From Octopus sinensis (Eukaryota), in contig NC_043008.1 of assembly GCF_006345805.1 (NCBI RefSeq), positions 10,602,001 through 10,666,000 on the forward strand: a stretch of 64,000 nt of DNA, given 5' to 3'. Below are positions 35,401-45,795 of this stretch, one piece after another (position 1 is the first letter of the stretch; each line of letters starts with the position of its first letter). A program made the position numbers and the translations under genes. The notes beneath the pieces were generated by a model. It had not been told where the DNA came from and did no database searches. It saw only the letters and a list, made by a program, of their open reading frames with translations.

Positions 35401-36993
35401 GCAACAGCTGATGTACTTGCATGTACAAATGCACGTTCCTATGGCTTTATCAATCACATTCTCACCTGGAATTGATTTTTGTAATTTTTCAAGACTTATA
35501 CACGCCCTGATACCATTGGTATCTACATATCAAATTTGAGCGCAATCAGATGGAGGATGCCCGAGATCCTAGAAGACACACACACAGACAGACAACGGAT
35601 TTTATATAATAGATTATGTATGTAGTGAAGGTGCATAGCTCAGTGGTTAGAGTGTCGAGCTTACGATTGTGAGGTTGTGAGTTCGAATCCCGGACCGGGC
35701 TGTGTGTTGTGTTCTTGAGCAAGACACTTTATTTCACGTTGCTCCAGTTAACTCAGCTGTAGAAATGAGTTGCGACATCACAGGTGCCAAGCTGTATCGG
35801 CCCCTTGGATAACTCTTGTGGGATGGAGAGGGGAGGCCGGTATGCATGGGCGACTGCTAGTCTTCCATAAACAACCTTGCCCGGACTTGTGCCTGGGAGG
35901 GTAACTTTCTAGGTGCAATCCCATGGTCAGTCATGACTGAAGGGGGTCTCAATCAAATCAAACAGTGTATTTATATGGGATGAAGGAAGCCACTTTCAGT
36001 TTGGTTATCAAACGTAAATAAATATAAACAGCTAACATCTGCAGTGCAGAGATATTTACTGAAAAATATTTGCTGGGACAATTAGCTGCATTGATCACAT
36101 AGTCATTACTTCAATCATTACATACTCTCTTTTACTCTTTTACTTGTTTCAGTCATTTGACTGCGGCCATGCTGGAGCACCGCCTTTAATCGAGCAACTC
36201 GACCCCAAGACTTATTCTTTCTAAGCCCAGTACTTATTCTCTTTTGCCGAACCGCTAAGTTACGGGGACGTAAACACACCACCATCGGTTGTCAAGCGAT
36301 GTTGGGGGGATAAACACAGACACACAAACACACACACGCATATATATATATATATATATACATGTACATATATACGACGGGCTTCTTTCAGTTTCCGTCT
36401 ACCAAATCCACTCACAAGGCTTTGGTCGGCCCGAGGCCATAGTAGAAGACACTTGCCCAAGGTGCCACGCAGTGGGACTGAACCCGGAACCATGTGGCTG
36501 GTAAACAAGCTACTTACCACACAGCCACTCCTGTGCTTACATATTTGTATTGCATTTAAAAGTGAAGCTTGGTAGTCCCCATGCACTAGTCAGCCTAGTG
36601 AACAACTAGTTTCACTCTTATGCACTAAAATTATTTGCCCCAACAAAATATAGTTTCTTAAATTTGCAAAAGTCAATGTTAGCTTTAAAAAAAATTTTTT
36701 TATTTGACTGAAAATTTATTTCTGGAATTTTGTTTCTTTTCTAGGATCTCCAAAGTATGAGAATCGGAACTGGACATCGTAATAAAATCTGGAAGAACTT
36801 GTTGGAATATCGTAAATTAGTTAACTCTGGAGCCGAATCTCAGGCTTTGCAACACACTTCCAGCACAGCATCCACCCTTAGTTTAGCTTCACAAAATTCT
36901 ACCTATTGCCCTGGTTACTATGAAGTCACACGTTACACTTTCAAACAAGTCATTTCTTTCAAATCTGGAGAACTTCATTTTGACTCGGTCTGA
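8536..36993 (+). CDS. TP63: p53/p63/p73-family transcription factor, SAM-containing long isoform, 5'-partial (10 exons joined)
   Basis: Exon lengths 79+187+111+106+119+95+107+213+94+249 = 1360 nt, i.e. 1 carried-in base plus 453 codons including TGA, with no frame break. All introns are GT-AG. Translation runs [28 protein letters not shown]...KRCPNH...[14 protein letters not shown]...[16 protein letters not shown]...PKKRK...[10 protein letters not shown]...[14 protein letters not shown]...[13 protein letters not shown]. The symbol is approximate because the invertebrate gene is co-orthologous to TP53/TP63/TP73. Confidence 0.95.
9096..9288. mobile_element. TA-flanked MITE with perfect 26-bp TIRs (Tc1/mariner-like)
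   Basis: TA|agcaacaagaatgactccggtaattt ... aaattaccggagtcattcttgttgct|TA. Confidence 0.7.
10108..10489 (+). mobile_element. SINE family A
   Basis: Same head, core and tail as 1779-2191. Confidence 0.85.
10752..11080 (-). mobile_element. SINE family C
   Basis: catcatcatttaacgtcc...ctacagctggatgcccttcctaacgcc...gtgccacc repeats. Confidence 0.8.
11600..11786 (+). CDS. TP63: p53-family exon: DBD with zinc ligands ([20 protein letters not shown]...[16 protein letters not shown])
   Basis: Acceptor ctcacag| and donor |gtaagc. In frame with ORF 11621-11818. Contains the RCPNH motif. Confidence 0.97.
12254..12364 (+). CDS. TP63: p53-family exon: DBD ([37 protein letters not shown])
   Basis: Acceptor ggcag| and donor |gtaact. 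Phase 1 in and phase 1 out. HIVRCE and RQSV..P.E motifs. Confidence 0.96.
12680..12785 (+). CDS. TP63: p53-family exon: DBD L3 loop ([35 protein letters not shown])
   Basis: Acceptor ctcctag| and donor |gtaagt. MC.GSC.GG.NRRP motif. Confidence 0.97.
12935..13280 (-). mobile_element. SINE family C
   Basis: As above, with three internal repeat units. Confidence 0.8.
13644..13762 (+). CDS. TP63: p53-family exon: end of DBD ([40 protein letters not shown])
   Basis: Acceptor ttttcag|. Donor |gtaaga at 13763, with a second in-phase donor |gtaatt at 13772. [12 protein letters not shown] motif. Confidence 0.94.
14242..14336 (+). CDS. TP63: p53-family exon: linker with NLS ([32 protein letters not shown])
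   Basis: Acceptor ttacag| and donor |gtaagt. Contains the PKKRK NLS and the FTL start of the oligomerisation domain. Confidence 0.93.
14463..14738 (+). mobile_element. CR1/L2-group LINE 3' fragment
   Basis: Translation [44 protein letters not shown], with a frameshift downstream. Confidence 0.8.
15096..15202 (+). CDS. TP63: p53-family exon: oligomerisation domain ([36 protein letters not shown])
   Basis: Acceptor aatag| and donor |gtgagt. Matches the VRGRE.YE.L.K...EL tetramerisation motif. Confidence 0.95.
16011..16415 (-). mobile_element. SINE family C variant
   Basis: Family C tail and core with a different internal repeat (ctggtaacgatcacgctcgaatggtg). Confidence 0.75.
16936..17170 (+). 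mobile_element. SINE family D, adjoining a TA/TATG microsatellite
   Basis: Head ggaggcacaatggccctgtggtcaggg...gattcccagac. Starts at the end of repeat 16700-16935. Confidence 0.75.
17470..18150 (+). mobile_element. CR1/L2-group LINE 3' fragment (decayed RT C-terminus)
   Basis: Broken translation CRQLTGWIL...[11 protein letters not shown]...ELEAIQRSY...[14 protein letters not shown]...IWKILEG...GRHCIVP. Ends in the LINE tail. Confidence 0.85.
18170..19203. repeat. Interrupted (TA/TG)n microsatellite
   Basis: About 1 kb of TA/TG dinucleotides containing a small family-C tail fragment near 18960-18995. Confidence 0.95.
19204..19700 (-). mobile_element. mariner transposase 3' relic with one TIR
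   Basis: ORF 19306-19674 contains FQHDNARPH and [15 protein letters not shown]...WLKEQ, with an internal deletion between the two motifs. TIR-like gaggttgggtcaaaaagtaatgcc at 19205. Confidence 0.85.
19732..20107 (-). mobile_element. SINE family A
   Basis: Reverse complement of the family A consensus, 5'-truncated into a TA repeat. Confidence 0.85.
20422..20865 (+). mobile_element. CR1/L2-group LINE 3' end with intact C-terminal frame and tail
   Basis: ORF 20160-20783 ends [13 protein letters not shown]...[11 protein letters not shown]...[17 protein letters not shown]...[11 protein letters not shown]. The N-terminal part of that ORF is only microsatellite. Confidence 0.88.
21345..21456 (+). 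CDS. Candidate alternative terminal exon of a SAM-less p53-like isoform ([37 protein letters not shown])
   Basis: Acceptor ttcttgcag| with a ctaaa branch-like motif and a long pyrimidine tract upstream. The phase-2 join to exon 15096-15202 gives a 36-aa Ser/Pro then Lys-rich tail. AATAAA at 22035-22040. No transcript evidence is available. Confidence 0.5.
22035..22040 (+). terminator. Possible polyadenylation signal for the short isoform
   Basis: AATAAA about 580 nt after the candidate stop at 21456, in a U/A-rich stretch. The hexamer is common in AT-rich DNA. Confidence 0.3.
23009..23255. mobile_element. Degenerate hAT-like MITE
   Basis: Ends tagtgggtctcaac / ggttgaaaactg with subterminal gggtcc motifs. 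TSD not identified. Confidence 0.45.
23650..23915 (+). mobile_element. Decayed RTE-like LINE 3' fragment
   Basis: Translation [11 protein letters not shown]...[18 protein letters not shown]. Confidence 0.55.
26854..27210. mobile_element. One-ended piggyBac-type MITE fragment between 95-bp direct repeats
   Basis: Right end ggtaacgaaaggg|TTAA matches the cctttcgttacc end of the MITE at 34778. No left TIR. Confidence 0.6.
27830..28660 (+). pseudogene. Decayed mariner transposase
   Basis: Broken translation [23 protein letters not shown]...FLSQDE...[10 protein letters not shown]...[25 protein letters not shown] and YSPDL motifs are degenerate, with multiple stops and frameshifts. Confidence 0.8.
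29127..30240 (-). mobile_element. SINE family C with higher-order internal triplication
   Basis: The block cactggtaccacaa.gatac..attccattgatgttcatctattt occurs near 29578, 29890 and 30190. Confidence 0.8.
31568..31728. repeat. Near-perfect 160-nt inverted repeat (two family-C tails around a short hairpin)
   Basis: Left arm 31568-31648, loop cggccggga, right arm 31658-31728. Confidence 0.9.
31907..32119 (+). CDS. TP63: p63/p73-type exon: Ser/Gln-rich linker before SAM ([13 protein letters not shown]...EPAENSIEQ)
   Basis: Acceptor tttcag| and donor |gtaagt. Phase 2 in and phase 2 out. In frame with ORF 31863-32123. Confidence 0.9.
32420..32838 (+). mobile_element. SINE family B, dimeric
   Basis: Same head and duplicated body as 4245-4664, with the same junction gaaatagg|tatttcgtctg. 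Confidence 0.85.
34089..34182 (+). CDS. TP63: SAM domain exon ([31 protein letters not shown])
   Basis: Acceptor ctctgtag| and donor |gtaaga. Matches the p63/p73 SAM N-half pattern L..LG...Y.D.F...GL....QL. Confidence 0.94.
34778..34999. mobile_element. piggyBac-type MITE (second family)
   Basis: TTAA|CCCTTT ... AAAGGG|TTAA. Confidence 0.75.
35445..35612 (-). mobile_element. Helitron/Helentron-like non-autonomous element end
   Basis: The minus strand begins atctattatataaaa followed by a (tctg/tg)n tract. A near-identical block is at 38050-38216. Classification is by resemblance only. Confidence 0.45.
35623..35950 (+). mobile_element. tRNA-derived SINE family E
   Basis: A box tagctcagtggttagag, B box gttcgaatccc, core cttgagcaagacactt. 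Its 3' half recurs at 54402-54597. Confidence 0.8.
36123..36535 (-). mobile_element. SINE family A, full length
   Basis: Reverse complement of 1779-2191. Confidence 0.85.
36745..36993 (+). CDS. TP63: Terminal exon: SAM C-half and TID-like motif ([20 protein letters not shown]...[23 protein letters not shown])
   Basis: Acceptor tttctag|. In frame with ORF 36757-36993. HR..IW SAM motif. [10 protein letters not shown] resembles the p63 TID core RFTLRQTISF. Confidence 0.94.
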   Translation, partial: DLQSMRIGTGHRNKIWKNLLEYRKLVNSGAESQALQHTSSTASTLSLASQNSTYCPGYYEVTRYTFKQVISFKSGELHFDSV

Positions 36994-37734
36994 ACGACTA
37001 ATTAATGTTATACGTGTTAATCTCATTCACAAGCGTCATATCTTCCTCTTCATATACCTGTGTCCACCTTTATAAGGAATGGTTCCTCAATAACAGCTGT
37101 AACAAGTGATCATACTAGCGAACCAGTTTATTATTATTATTTTTTTTTATTAGATTACCAACCTTTATCCTGTGTTTTTACGAAACTGTAAACCTTACTC
37201 ACCAGGTCTCTAGTTGTCTTCATATTTCACTTATATTCCATCCAGAACTGAAGTTTGGATCTGTTGCTACTCTGAGTGTCCCATTTTTAACCTGTTTAAG
37301 ATGACAGAGCTAAGCCTCAGTGCCAAATGAACAAATAGACTCACCCTGTATTGAGTACTTTCATCTCATATTTCTACATGCAAATACACAAACATACATA
37401 CAAATATAGTGAGATCTGTTACTTTTGTGAGGATTTTTTTAAAGCCAAGTTGGGGTTAATATAATTATTAATACTATTTTATATTCTCCAAGCTTGGTTT
37501 TATGTCACAAACTGTGAAAGACGTATCCCCTACCTGCTATTATGCTAATCTGTTACAAGTTTCCGACATCATTCAAGATTGAAAGCATGAACTATTAAAT
37601 TACTTTACCAAACATCCAATTTGTTTAGTACCTACCCAATGTTCAAACTGCATCTCTGATTGTATTTTGTTTACAGCTAATACATAAGGATATGTGAATT
37701 GAGTTGAAAACTGCTGCAGATGTCTTGATGTGTT

Positions 37735-38216
37735 TTTGAGAAAGACACGTAACTCTGAGCTTCAATTACCTTTGGCCAGATCTAGGAATATTTTCAGAAG
37801 CCATACGTACCCGGATAAAACAACCAAGAAACTACTCCAGTGTATTCTGTTGAGTCTTATCTTTAGGGTAGATTGGAGTGAATTTTCTATTGCCTTTCCC
37901 AGCTGTATATGACTCCTGAAAATATTCCTAAATCTGGCCAGTGTGTGCATGTGTGTGTATATATATGTATATATATATATATATATGTATATGAGCAAAA
38001 CACCTCCCTGTCCAATGGACGATGCTGAGTTGTCAAATACGGCTTTATCAATCGCACTCTCACCTGGAAACGATTTTTGTAATTTTTTCAAGACTTATAC
38101 ACGCCCTGATATTGTCAGTATCTACATATCAAATTTGAGCGCAATCGGGTGGAAGATGCCCGAGATCCTAGAAGACATACACACAGACAGACAAAACTGA
38201 TTTTATATAATAGATA
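37735..38216 (-). mobile_element. Longer copy of the Helitron-like element with an internal inverted repeat
   Basis: Shares ~160 bp with 35445-35612. Inverted arms at 37773-37806 and 37905-37940. Confidence 0.5.
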
Positions 38217-38226
38217 TGTATACACA

Positions 38227-38257
<31 letters not shown>

Positions 38258-38984
38258 CACTGTATGTATGTATGTATGTATATGTTGTTGTAACATCATT
38301 AAGCATAATCACCATTAAAACAACAAGGACTAAAATGAACATTGCACTAATGACTATAAAATAATGTATGTGTGTTGGAAGAAGGAAAATAGACATCTCC
38401 ACACAAATAATGGCAACTTAAATTTCATGGCCTAAAAGTACTTTCATTTTTAGGTACATTTCCATGATCTAAACTTTATTGTGGCTGGTTCATCTTAGAC
38501 GAAAACATTTAATTCAAGGACGAACGTGGAGAAATTCTGTTGACAAATTGCAAGCATGGTAAAGTGGATGTAAAATGATGAGGATGGTGATGATGCTGCC
38601 TCATCAATGAGTGGAAGGAAGAGAGAGAGAGAGAGAGAGAGAGAGAATAAAAGAAACCCAGGTTTAAATCTTTTTTATAACATTGGAGCTCACCTAAAAT
38701 TTAATACTTAAAGGCCACTTTATTCTTCTTAATTTTTACTACAATTATGAAATATGCATTTTTATTATTTTATATTTTCACAAATATATCATTTAATAGA
38801 TTATATTATGAAAATATGTATGTATGATGTATGTATGTATATATATATATTATATATATATATATGAAGATGAAAAAATTCTTTGTTTTTTGTCGAGTCA
38901 AAGATTATTGACTCGTAAAGAACACAGGGAAGCATTTTGATATTATTTCATTATTTTGCCGATTTCAATCATTGAACTGTGGCT

Positions 38985-38986
38985 AT

Positions 38987-39034
<48 letters not shown>

Positions 39035-39241
39035 ACCGACCAGACCATCAGATGTTGTTACACATCGCTGGTCACAATGCGTTCACATTGTTTTAGCCTT
39101 CGAATGACGCCACCCTGCTGGCTAGGCGAGCAGGCCATATATATATATAATATATATATATATATTATATACATATATATATATATTACATATATATATA
39201 TTATATATATACATATATATATATATATATACATATATATA

Positions 39242-39310
<69 letters not shown>

Positions 39311-39379
39311 TATATACATATATATACATATATATAGATATACATATATATATTACATATATATATACATATATATACC

Positions 39380-39411
<32 letters not shown>

Positions 39412-39516
39412 CATATATATACATATATATATACTATATATACATATATATACATATATTATATATACATATATATATATATATATACATAGATATATAT
39501 ATACATATATATATAC

Positions 39517-39549
<33 letters not shown>

Positions 39550-39635
39550 CATATATATATACATAGATATACATATATATATACATCTATATATATATAC
39601 ATATATATATATATACATATATACATATATATATA

Positions 39636-39688
<53 letters not shown>

Positions 39689-39783
39689 ATATACATATAT
39701 ATATATATACATATATAATATATACATATATATAATACTATATACATATATATACATATATATATAATATATATATATATCTA

Positions 39784-39815
<32 letters not shown>

Positions 39816-39843
39816 ATATATACATATATATTATATATATACA

Positions 39844-39879
<36 letters not shown>

Positions 39880-39902
39880 CATATAATATATATATTATAC
39901 AT

Positions 39903-39933
<31 letters not shown>

Positions 39934-39970
39934 CTATATATATATATATATATATATATCATATATATAT

Positions 39971-40022
<52 letters not shown>

Positions 40023-40023
40023 C

Positions 40024-40057
<34 letters not shown>

Positions 40058-40058
40058 C

Positions 40059-40095
<37 letters not shown>
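38985..40095. repeat. (TA)n-rich microsatellite of ~1.1 kb enclosing a SINE fragment at 39029-39136
   Basis: Direct inspection. The island is the reverse complement of the continuation of the family D copy at 17105-17170. Confidence 0.92.
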
Positions 40096-40098
<3 letters not shown>

Positions 40099-41064
40099 AA
40101 AAATAAATAAGCATAGACAGACATATACACACATTTAAAGTCATTTATCATTGTATATTCTTCATCATATTCTCGTTACCTTACTATTTAAATCATCTTT
40201 ATATTTAATTCTCTCCTCTTTTTTACAAAACCAGTTCCTTCTATCAACTGATTCTTAAAGAATAAGAAAGGAAAAAAAAAAAAGCCAAAATCTCATAACA
40301 TTTAAAGAACTGACTTTAAATACTGTTGACACACTCATCAGTATAGATTTAGTCTTAGTTTCTGCTGCTATGTTTTATATTTTATATTTTTGTTATCGTT
40401 TCTTACTGTACTTAACCATCTCATGCAAATTATAGACACACACACACACACACCTACCTACCTACCTAAACACAAAATAAAAGAAAATGACATTTTACTT
40501 CAATTCATTCCATATTCTTACTTGCTATAACCATTGTCTTTAAATGATAACCTCTCTTCAGTTCTTTAATATTCTGGTGCTATTTCATATTCCGTTATTT
40601 TTTCTCAAACTAGAAACTGTTTCATTTATTTATTTTTGTTCCTATATCAAATGTAGACATTCATTCTTGTAATCATGGGGCAAGTATGGAATAAAAATCC
40701 TCCATTTCTTAATTAACAAATAGTTAATGCTTCATTAAATAAATGTAAGTGATTAAATGATAAGCCTGGTAATGTCGGCGATGGTTTGGTTAAGGAAAGC
40801 AGCTTTTGGAAGAAAGGAGTGTAAATAATATTGACAAAAAATAAATTTTGAAAAACAACTTGAAAAAAAAAAACAAACAAACAGAAACCCCAGTTTTTCT
40901 TGCTTTTCCTTTTTTTTTCAAATTTCTAACAAATCTGTATTGTTACTCATCATGACTGAGCCTTTACCTACCTTACACCTACCTTACGATGGAAATAGCC
41001 TCATACACTAATTCATACACACCTGTTGGCATTTTATACATTTTACTGTTCGTTTCAGAGCCAA

Positions 41065-41125
41065 TTTTATTTTTTTATTTTATCTAGTTTCAGCTCACGA
41101 GCTGTGGCCATGCTGGGGCACCGCC
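41065..41125 (-). mobile_element. Isolated CR1-like LINE 3' tail
   Basis: Reverse complement of 5790-5850. Confidence 0.75.
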
Positions 41126-41264
41126 AATGTAAAAATACATTGTGAATATACAAGAACTTTATAATAATAATAATAATAATGTTGGTAGTATCGATAAATC
41201 TGCATGAATTTTAAAATGTATTTATTGTGTCTTATATCTGTTATCTTGGTTTCAGTGATTAGAC

Positions 41265-41610
41265 TGTGGCCATGCTGGGGCATCACCTTAAAGAATTCTT
41301 AGTCAAGCGAATCAATCCCAATACTTATTTTTATTTTTTTTTTTTATAAGTCTGGTACTTAGTCTGTCGCTCTCTTTTGGTGAATTGCTGAGTTACAGGG
41401 ACATAAACACAGCAACACCAGTTGTCAAGCAGTGGTGGTGGGGGGCGCACAGACACACACACATTATGGGCTTCTTCCAGTTTCCATCTACCAAATCCAC
41501 TCCAAAGGCTTTGGTCAGCCTTGGGCTATAGTAGAAGACACTTGCCCAAGGTGCCATTCAGTGGGACTGAACCTGAAACCATGTGGTTGGGAAACAAAGT
41601 TCTCACCACA
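41265..41610 (-). mobile_element. Degenerate SINE family A
   Basis: Recognisable core and tail, diverged. Confidence 0.7.
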
Positions 41611-41962
41611 TAATGCATATACATATAGTGTGTCAAAATTTGAAGCTTAATAAGTTGAGTTGCTCGATTAAAGGCGGTGCTCCAGCACGGCCGCAGTCAA
41701 ATGACTGAAACAAGTAAAAGAGAAATAAAAAAAAGAGAAAGAGATATTGGCAGAAATAAATAAGAGTAATGATTATAAATACCCAAGTCCACTTATTGGC
41801 AGCTGTACAGACATATTTCACTTTAATTGCCTTCATTAACAATCAACTTGGAACATTTCATCTCAAGCAAAGAATTATTATATAATCAGTGTTTTGGAAT
41901 GATTCCTTTTAATATATTCAGACGGCACAAGTTTATTAATTGCTGTATCGAAAGTGGTTTAA

Positions 41963-42370
41963 CCCTTTAGTATTTAAACCGACCATATCCAGCCAAAATA
42001 GTTAATCTGTTTTATGTTCAAACTGACCAGATCCAGGCTCTCACACCTACCCTACAATGTTATTCTACATTAAGTAATTGCACCATCAAGATCTTGAAGA
42101 TATGAGATAATGCAGGATTAATTCAAATCAATGGGAATCAATGGGCATTAGGTTTGATTGAATAATCTGAACACTAAAGGGTTAAGTCTTTAGCATTCAG
42201 GAGGTTTCTCTGTCAAATGTAATTCTTGTCTTGTAACTTCAAGATTTCAATGGTGTGATTGTTTATTTTTAGAATGATGTTGTAGGGTAGGTGTGAGAGG
42301 CTGGATCTGGCCTGTTCGAACATAAAACAGGATATTTTGATCGGATATGACCAGTTTAAATGCTGAAAAG
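41963..42370. mobile_element. Two piggyBac-type MITEs in opposite orientation sharing one TTAA (41963-42181 and 42186-42370)
   Basis: Both are homologous to 6399-6619. The first has intact CCCTTTAG/CTAAAGGG ends and the second has degenerate ends. Confidence 0.75.
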
Positions 42371-42435
42371 TTAAAATAATTTTTTTTTTCTTTATTCTGG
42401 CCTGAAAAATACCTACATTGATTTATTTTTCAATC

Positions 42436-42770
42436 ATTTCCGTCCGTCCTTCCTCCCTCCCTCCCTCCTTCCTTCCTTCCTTCCTTCCTTCCTTCTTCCT
42501 TCCTTCCTTCCTTCCTTCCTTCCTCCTTCCTTCTTCCTTCCTTCTTCCTTCCTTCCTCCTTCCTTCCTTCTTCCTTCCTTCCTTCCTTCCTTCCTTCCTT
42601 CCTTCCTTCCTTCCTTCCTTCCTTCCCCCTTCCTTCCTTCCTTCCTTCCTTCCTTTTTCTTTCTTTCTTTCCTTCCTTCCTTCCCCTCCACCTCCTCCCT
42701 CCCTCTCTTTCTTTTTGTTCTTTTCTCTTCTCTTTTTTCTTTTCTTTTCTTTTCTTTCTGTGAATATTTG
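42436..42770. repeat. (CCTT)n / CT-rich polypyrimidine tract
   Basis: About 300 bp almost purely C/T on the + strand. Confidence 0.95.
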
Positions 42771-43383
42771 AGAAAAATGTTAAAAATTTATTTAAAAAAA
42801 TTTTTTTTACTGAAGTGATGCATTAATTTTAAGAAACTATTAAATTACAAAAAGGCAGCAACTTCAATTTCTCTACTCATTTAAAACTTGATTATTACGA
42901 ATATAATTAAATAAGAAATAACTTTGAAAATTACAAAAATATCTCAAGTATACATTCACCTTCATTTCTTTCAAATAACGATATTACCAAAAGCAGTAAA
43001 ATGGTAAAATTGGTAGAGCAACAGAGTAATTCATTTTGTGCCTTTGATTTTTTGAATACAAATTCTTGCAATAGAGCTCCTGTTATTTATGCAAACATTG
43101 TAATTAATATCAGTACCTTTATAATACTGGAGTTTATTCAATAGGCTGCACCCCATCAATACAATAAATATATATATGTATGTGTGTGTGTGTGTGTGTG
43201 TTGTTGAATACATGAGAGGAGTGCTCAATACCTGTTGCAGAGGATATGGTTTTTTTTTTTAGTTTTTATTGAAACTGGAACTGAGAGTTTTTCTTGCAAC
43301 TTGAGTTTCACACCACTGAGATCATCAGATAAAACTGTTGCAACTTGGTACTGGTGGTGTATGTATATATATATATCCATTGG

Positions 43384-43798
43384 TGTGTGCGAGCTGGCAG
43401 AAACGTTAGCACGCTGGACAAAATGCTTAGCGGTGTTTCGTCTGCCGCTATGTTCTGAGTTCAAATTCCGCCGAGGTTGACTTTGCCTTTCATCCTTTCG
43501 AGGTCGATTAAATAAGTACCAGTTACGCACTGGGGTCGATGTAATCGATTTAATACCTATGTCTGTCCTTGTTTGTCCCCTCTGTGTTTAGCCCCTTGTG
43601 GGTAGTAAAGAAATAGGTATTTCGTCTGCTGTTACGTTCTGAGTTCAAAATTCTGCCGAGGTCAACTTTGCCTTTCATCCTTTCGGGGTCGATTAAATAA
43701 GTACCAGTTACGCACGGTTGATATAATCAACTTAATCCATTTGTCTGTCCTTGTTTGTCCTCTCTGTGTTTAGCCCCTTGTGTGTAGTAAAGAAATAA
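43384..43798 (+). mobile_element. SINE family B, dimeric
   Basis: Same structure and junction as 4245 and 32420. Confidence 0.85.
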
Positions 43799-44224
43799 AT
43801 AAGTGTGTGCATGGTCTAGTACTTGGATCTGGTGACTTACAGAAGCTTTGTTCTAGAACCATAGACACACACACCAATGGATATACATACATACATATAT
43901 ACCTAGGTACACCATAAAAAAAAAACACCAATTTGTAACAGTTCTGTCTGAAGATAGCCATGGCATGAAACTTGGAGTTGCAAGACAAACTCACGATTTC
44001 AGTCCCAGTGAAAGATCTGTATACATACATGCATATATTTATACATACATACATGCATACATATATAGTCATACATACTATAGATCAACAGATAAGCTCC
44101 TTGTAAACAGGGAGCAGAAACCTGGGTTTGATTCTCAGTTTAACTGTTCCAATATCAACAATATGACTGAGAATGTTGCCTGTTCTTGGATTTAAAAGTG
44201 CGCATTTATAAATTCATCCCTGAC

Positions 44225-44525
44225 TTGTTTCAGTCATTAGACTGTGGCCATGCTGGGGCACTGCCTTATAGAGTTTTTGTTGAGTGAATTGACACCAGTA
44301 CTTTTTTAAAAACCTGCTACATTAAGTTATGGGGGGTGTAAAAATGCCAGCCCTGGTTGTCAAGCAGTGATGGGGGGACAAATACAAAGAGAAAGATATA
44401 CAGTGGGCTTCTTTCAGTTTCCAACTACCAAATCCATTCAAGGCTCTGGTTGGTCTGAAACTATTGTAGATGACATGTTCTCTAGGTGCCATGTTGTAGG
44501 ACTGAACCTGGAACCATGTGGTTAT
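44225..44525 (-). mobile_element. Degenerate SINE family A
   Basis: Diverged core and tail. Confidence 0.6.
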
Positions 44526-45795
44526 TGCCAATTGTTATTTTGTTTATTTGATCAAAGGAATTACCTATCTGTTGAATTAGTATTTACTATTAAGGTAGAC
44601 TTAATGAGATAACTTGTTATGAAGCAGGATCTTTAAATTACATACACTAACAGGCTTCCTCACAGTTTCCATCTACTCAATTTCACCTAAAAGTTTGTGT
44701 TGATGTGAGACTATGGTAAAATATTCTTCATTCCCAGTGCTAAGATTGAACCTTAAGCTTCATGATTGCAAAGCAAACTTCTTAACTATTTGGCTATGCT
44801 GTGTCCTGTAAAGCTTACCCATAATTTTTAATAAGTGCTTAGGTTTTTTTCCTTTCACGTGTAGTAATTTAAAATACTTAGTAAATTTTTTTGAAATTTT
44901 AGTTGTAGTACTCAATAAGTGGCTTTCATTTCATTGTCTTCTCTGATGGTATTTAATGAAGCTAGAAGAGAGCCCACTCCAGCATCCCCTATGAGCCTAA
45001 AGGTTATATAAGATGTTGTTGAGATGCCAGCTGTGGTTGATAGAGCAGACCAATGATCAAAAGCATTTAAACCCTACCATCTCTTATTTGCAGGAATTCT
45101 GTACACTGGACTCTATCATTGATCAACTGAACTCTCTATTTAGAAGAATAACAGATATATTTCTTACCTTAACTTAATTATCAGGCAGAATCGGTGTGAC
45201 CAAGGCTAGCATTTTGAATTAGATGCAATCCATCCAATGTGCTTCCACAGTTTTCATCTCCCCAGTTTTTCTCTAAACGCTTAACCCAAAGTTTTGGTTA
45301 AAGATTTTCTTCTCCAAGATGTCAATCTGTAGAGTCAGGATTGCTAAGTGAATTTCTTCACCCCTCAAGCTATGCCTACATCTACACACACACACACACA
45401 TACACATATCTATATATATGTACATACACGTGTTCATGTAAAAATATTTGCAATTTGACTCCCACCCATTTTTTTTATTCTCTGTAAATACATTTTACAT
45501 TTCTTTGCTTCATTCCTTTTGCAATTGTCTTTTGATAAAGTTGATCCAATATATTACATATTTATATTCTATGTTTTAAGTATTTCATGTTTATTTTGGT
45601 AAGTGGCACAGAGTAAAAGTTCCCATTGAGCTGAGCCTGCCACCTTATCAATTTTGTCGTCAATATATGTTGACAATATATATACATTCCATTTTCTTGT
45701 CAGGAGGAATAGATTAAAAGTTGGTGGGTGTATACAATCATTAAGTCATCTTGGTTATACTCAGCAGGATGGATAGCATTATTGGCAATAAATGC

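Noticed and set aside
35623-35700. tRNA-like sequences (also 7903-7975 and the family A/B heads)
   Set aside because: They have A and B boxes but no complete acceptor stem, and they continue into SINE bodies. Not tRNA genes.
42418-42771. PSFL / KEGR repeat ORFs
   Set aside because: Translations of (CCTT)n.
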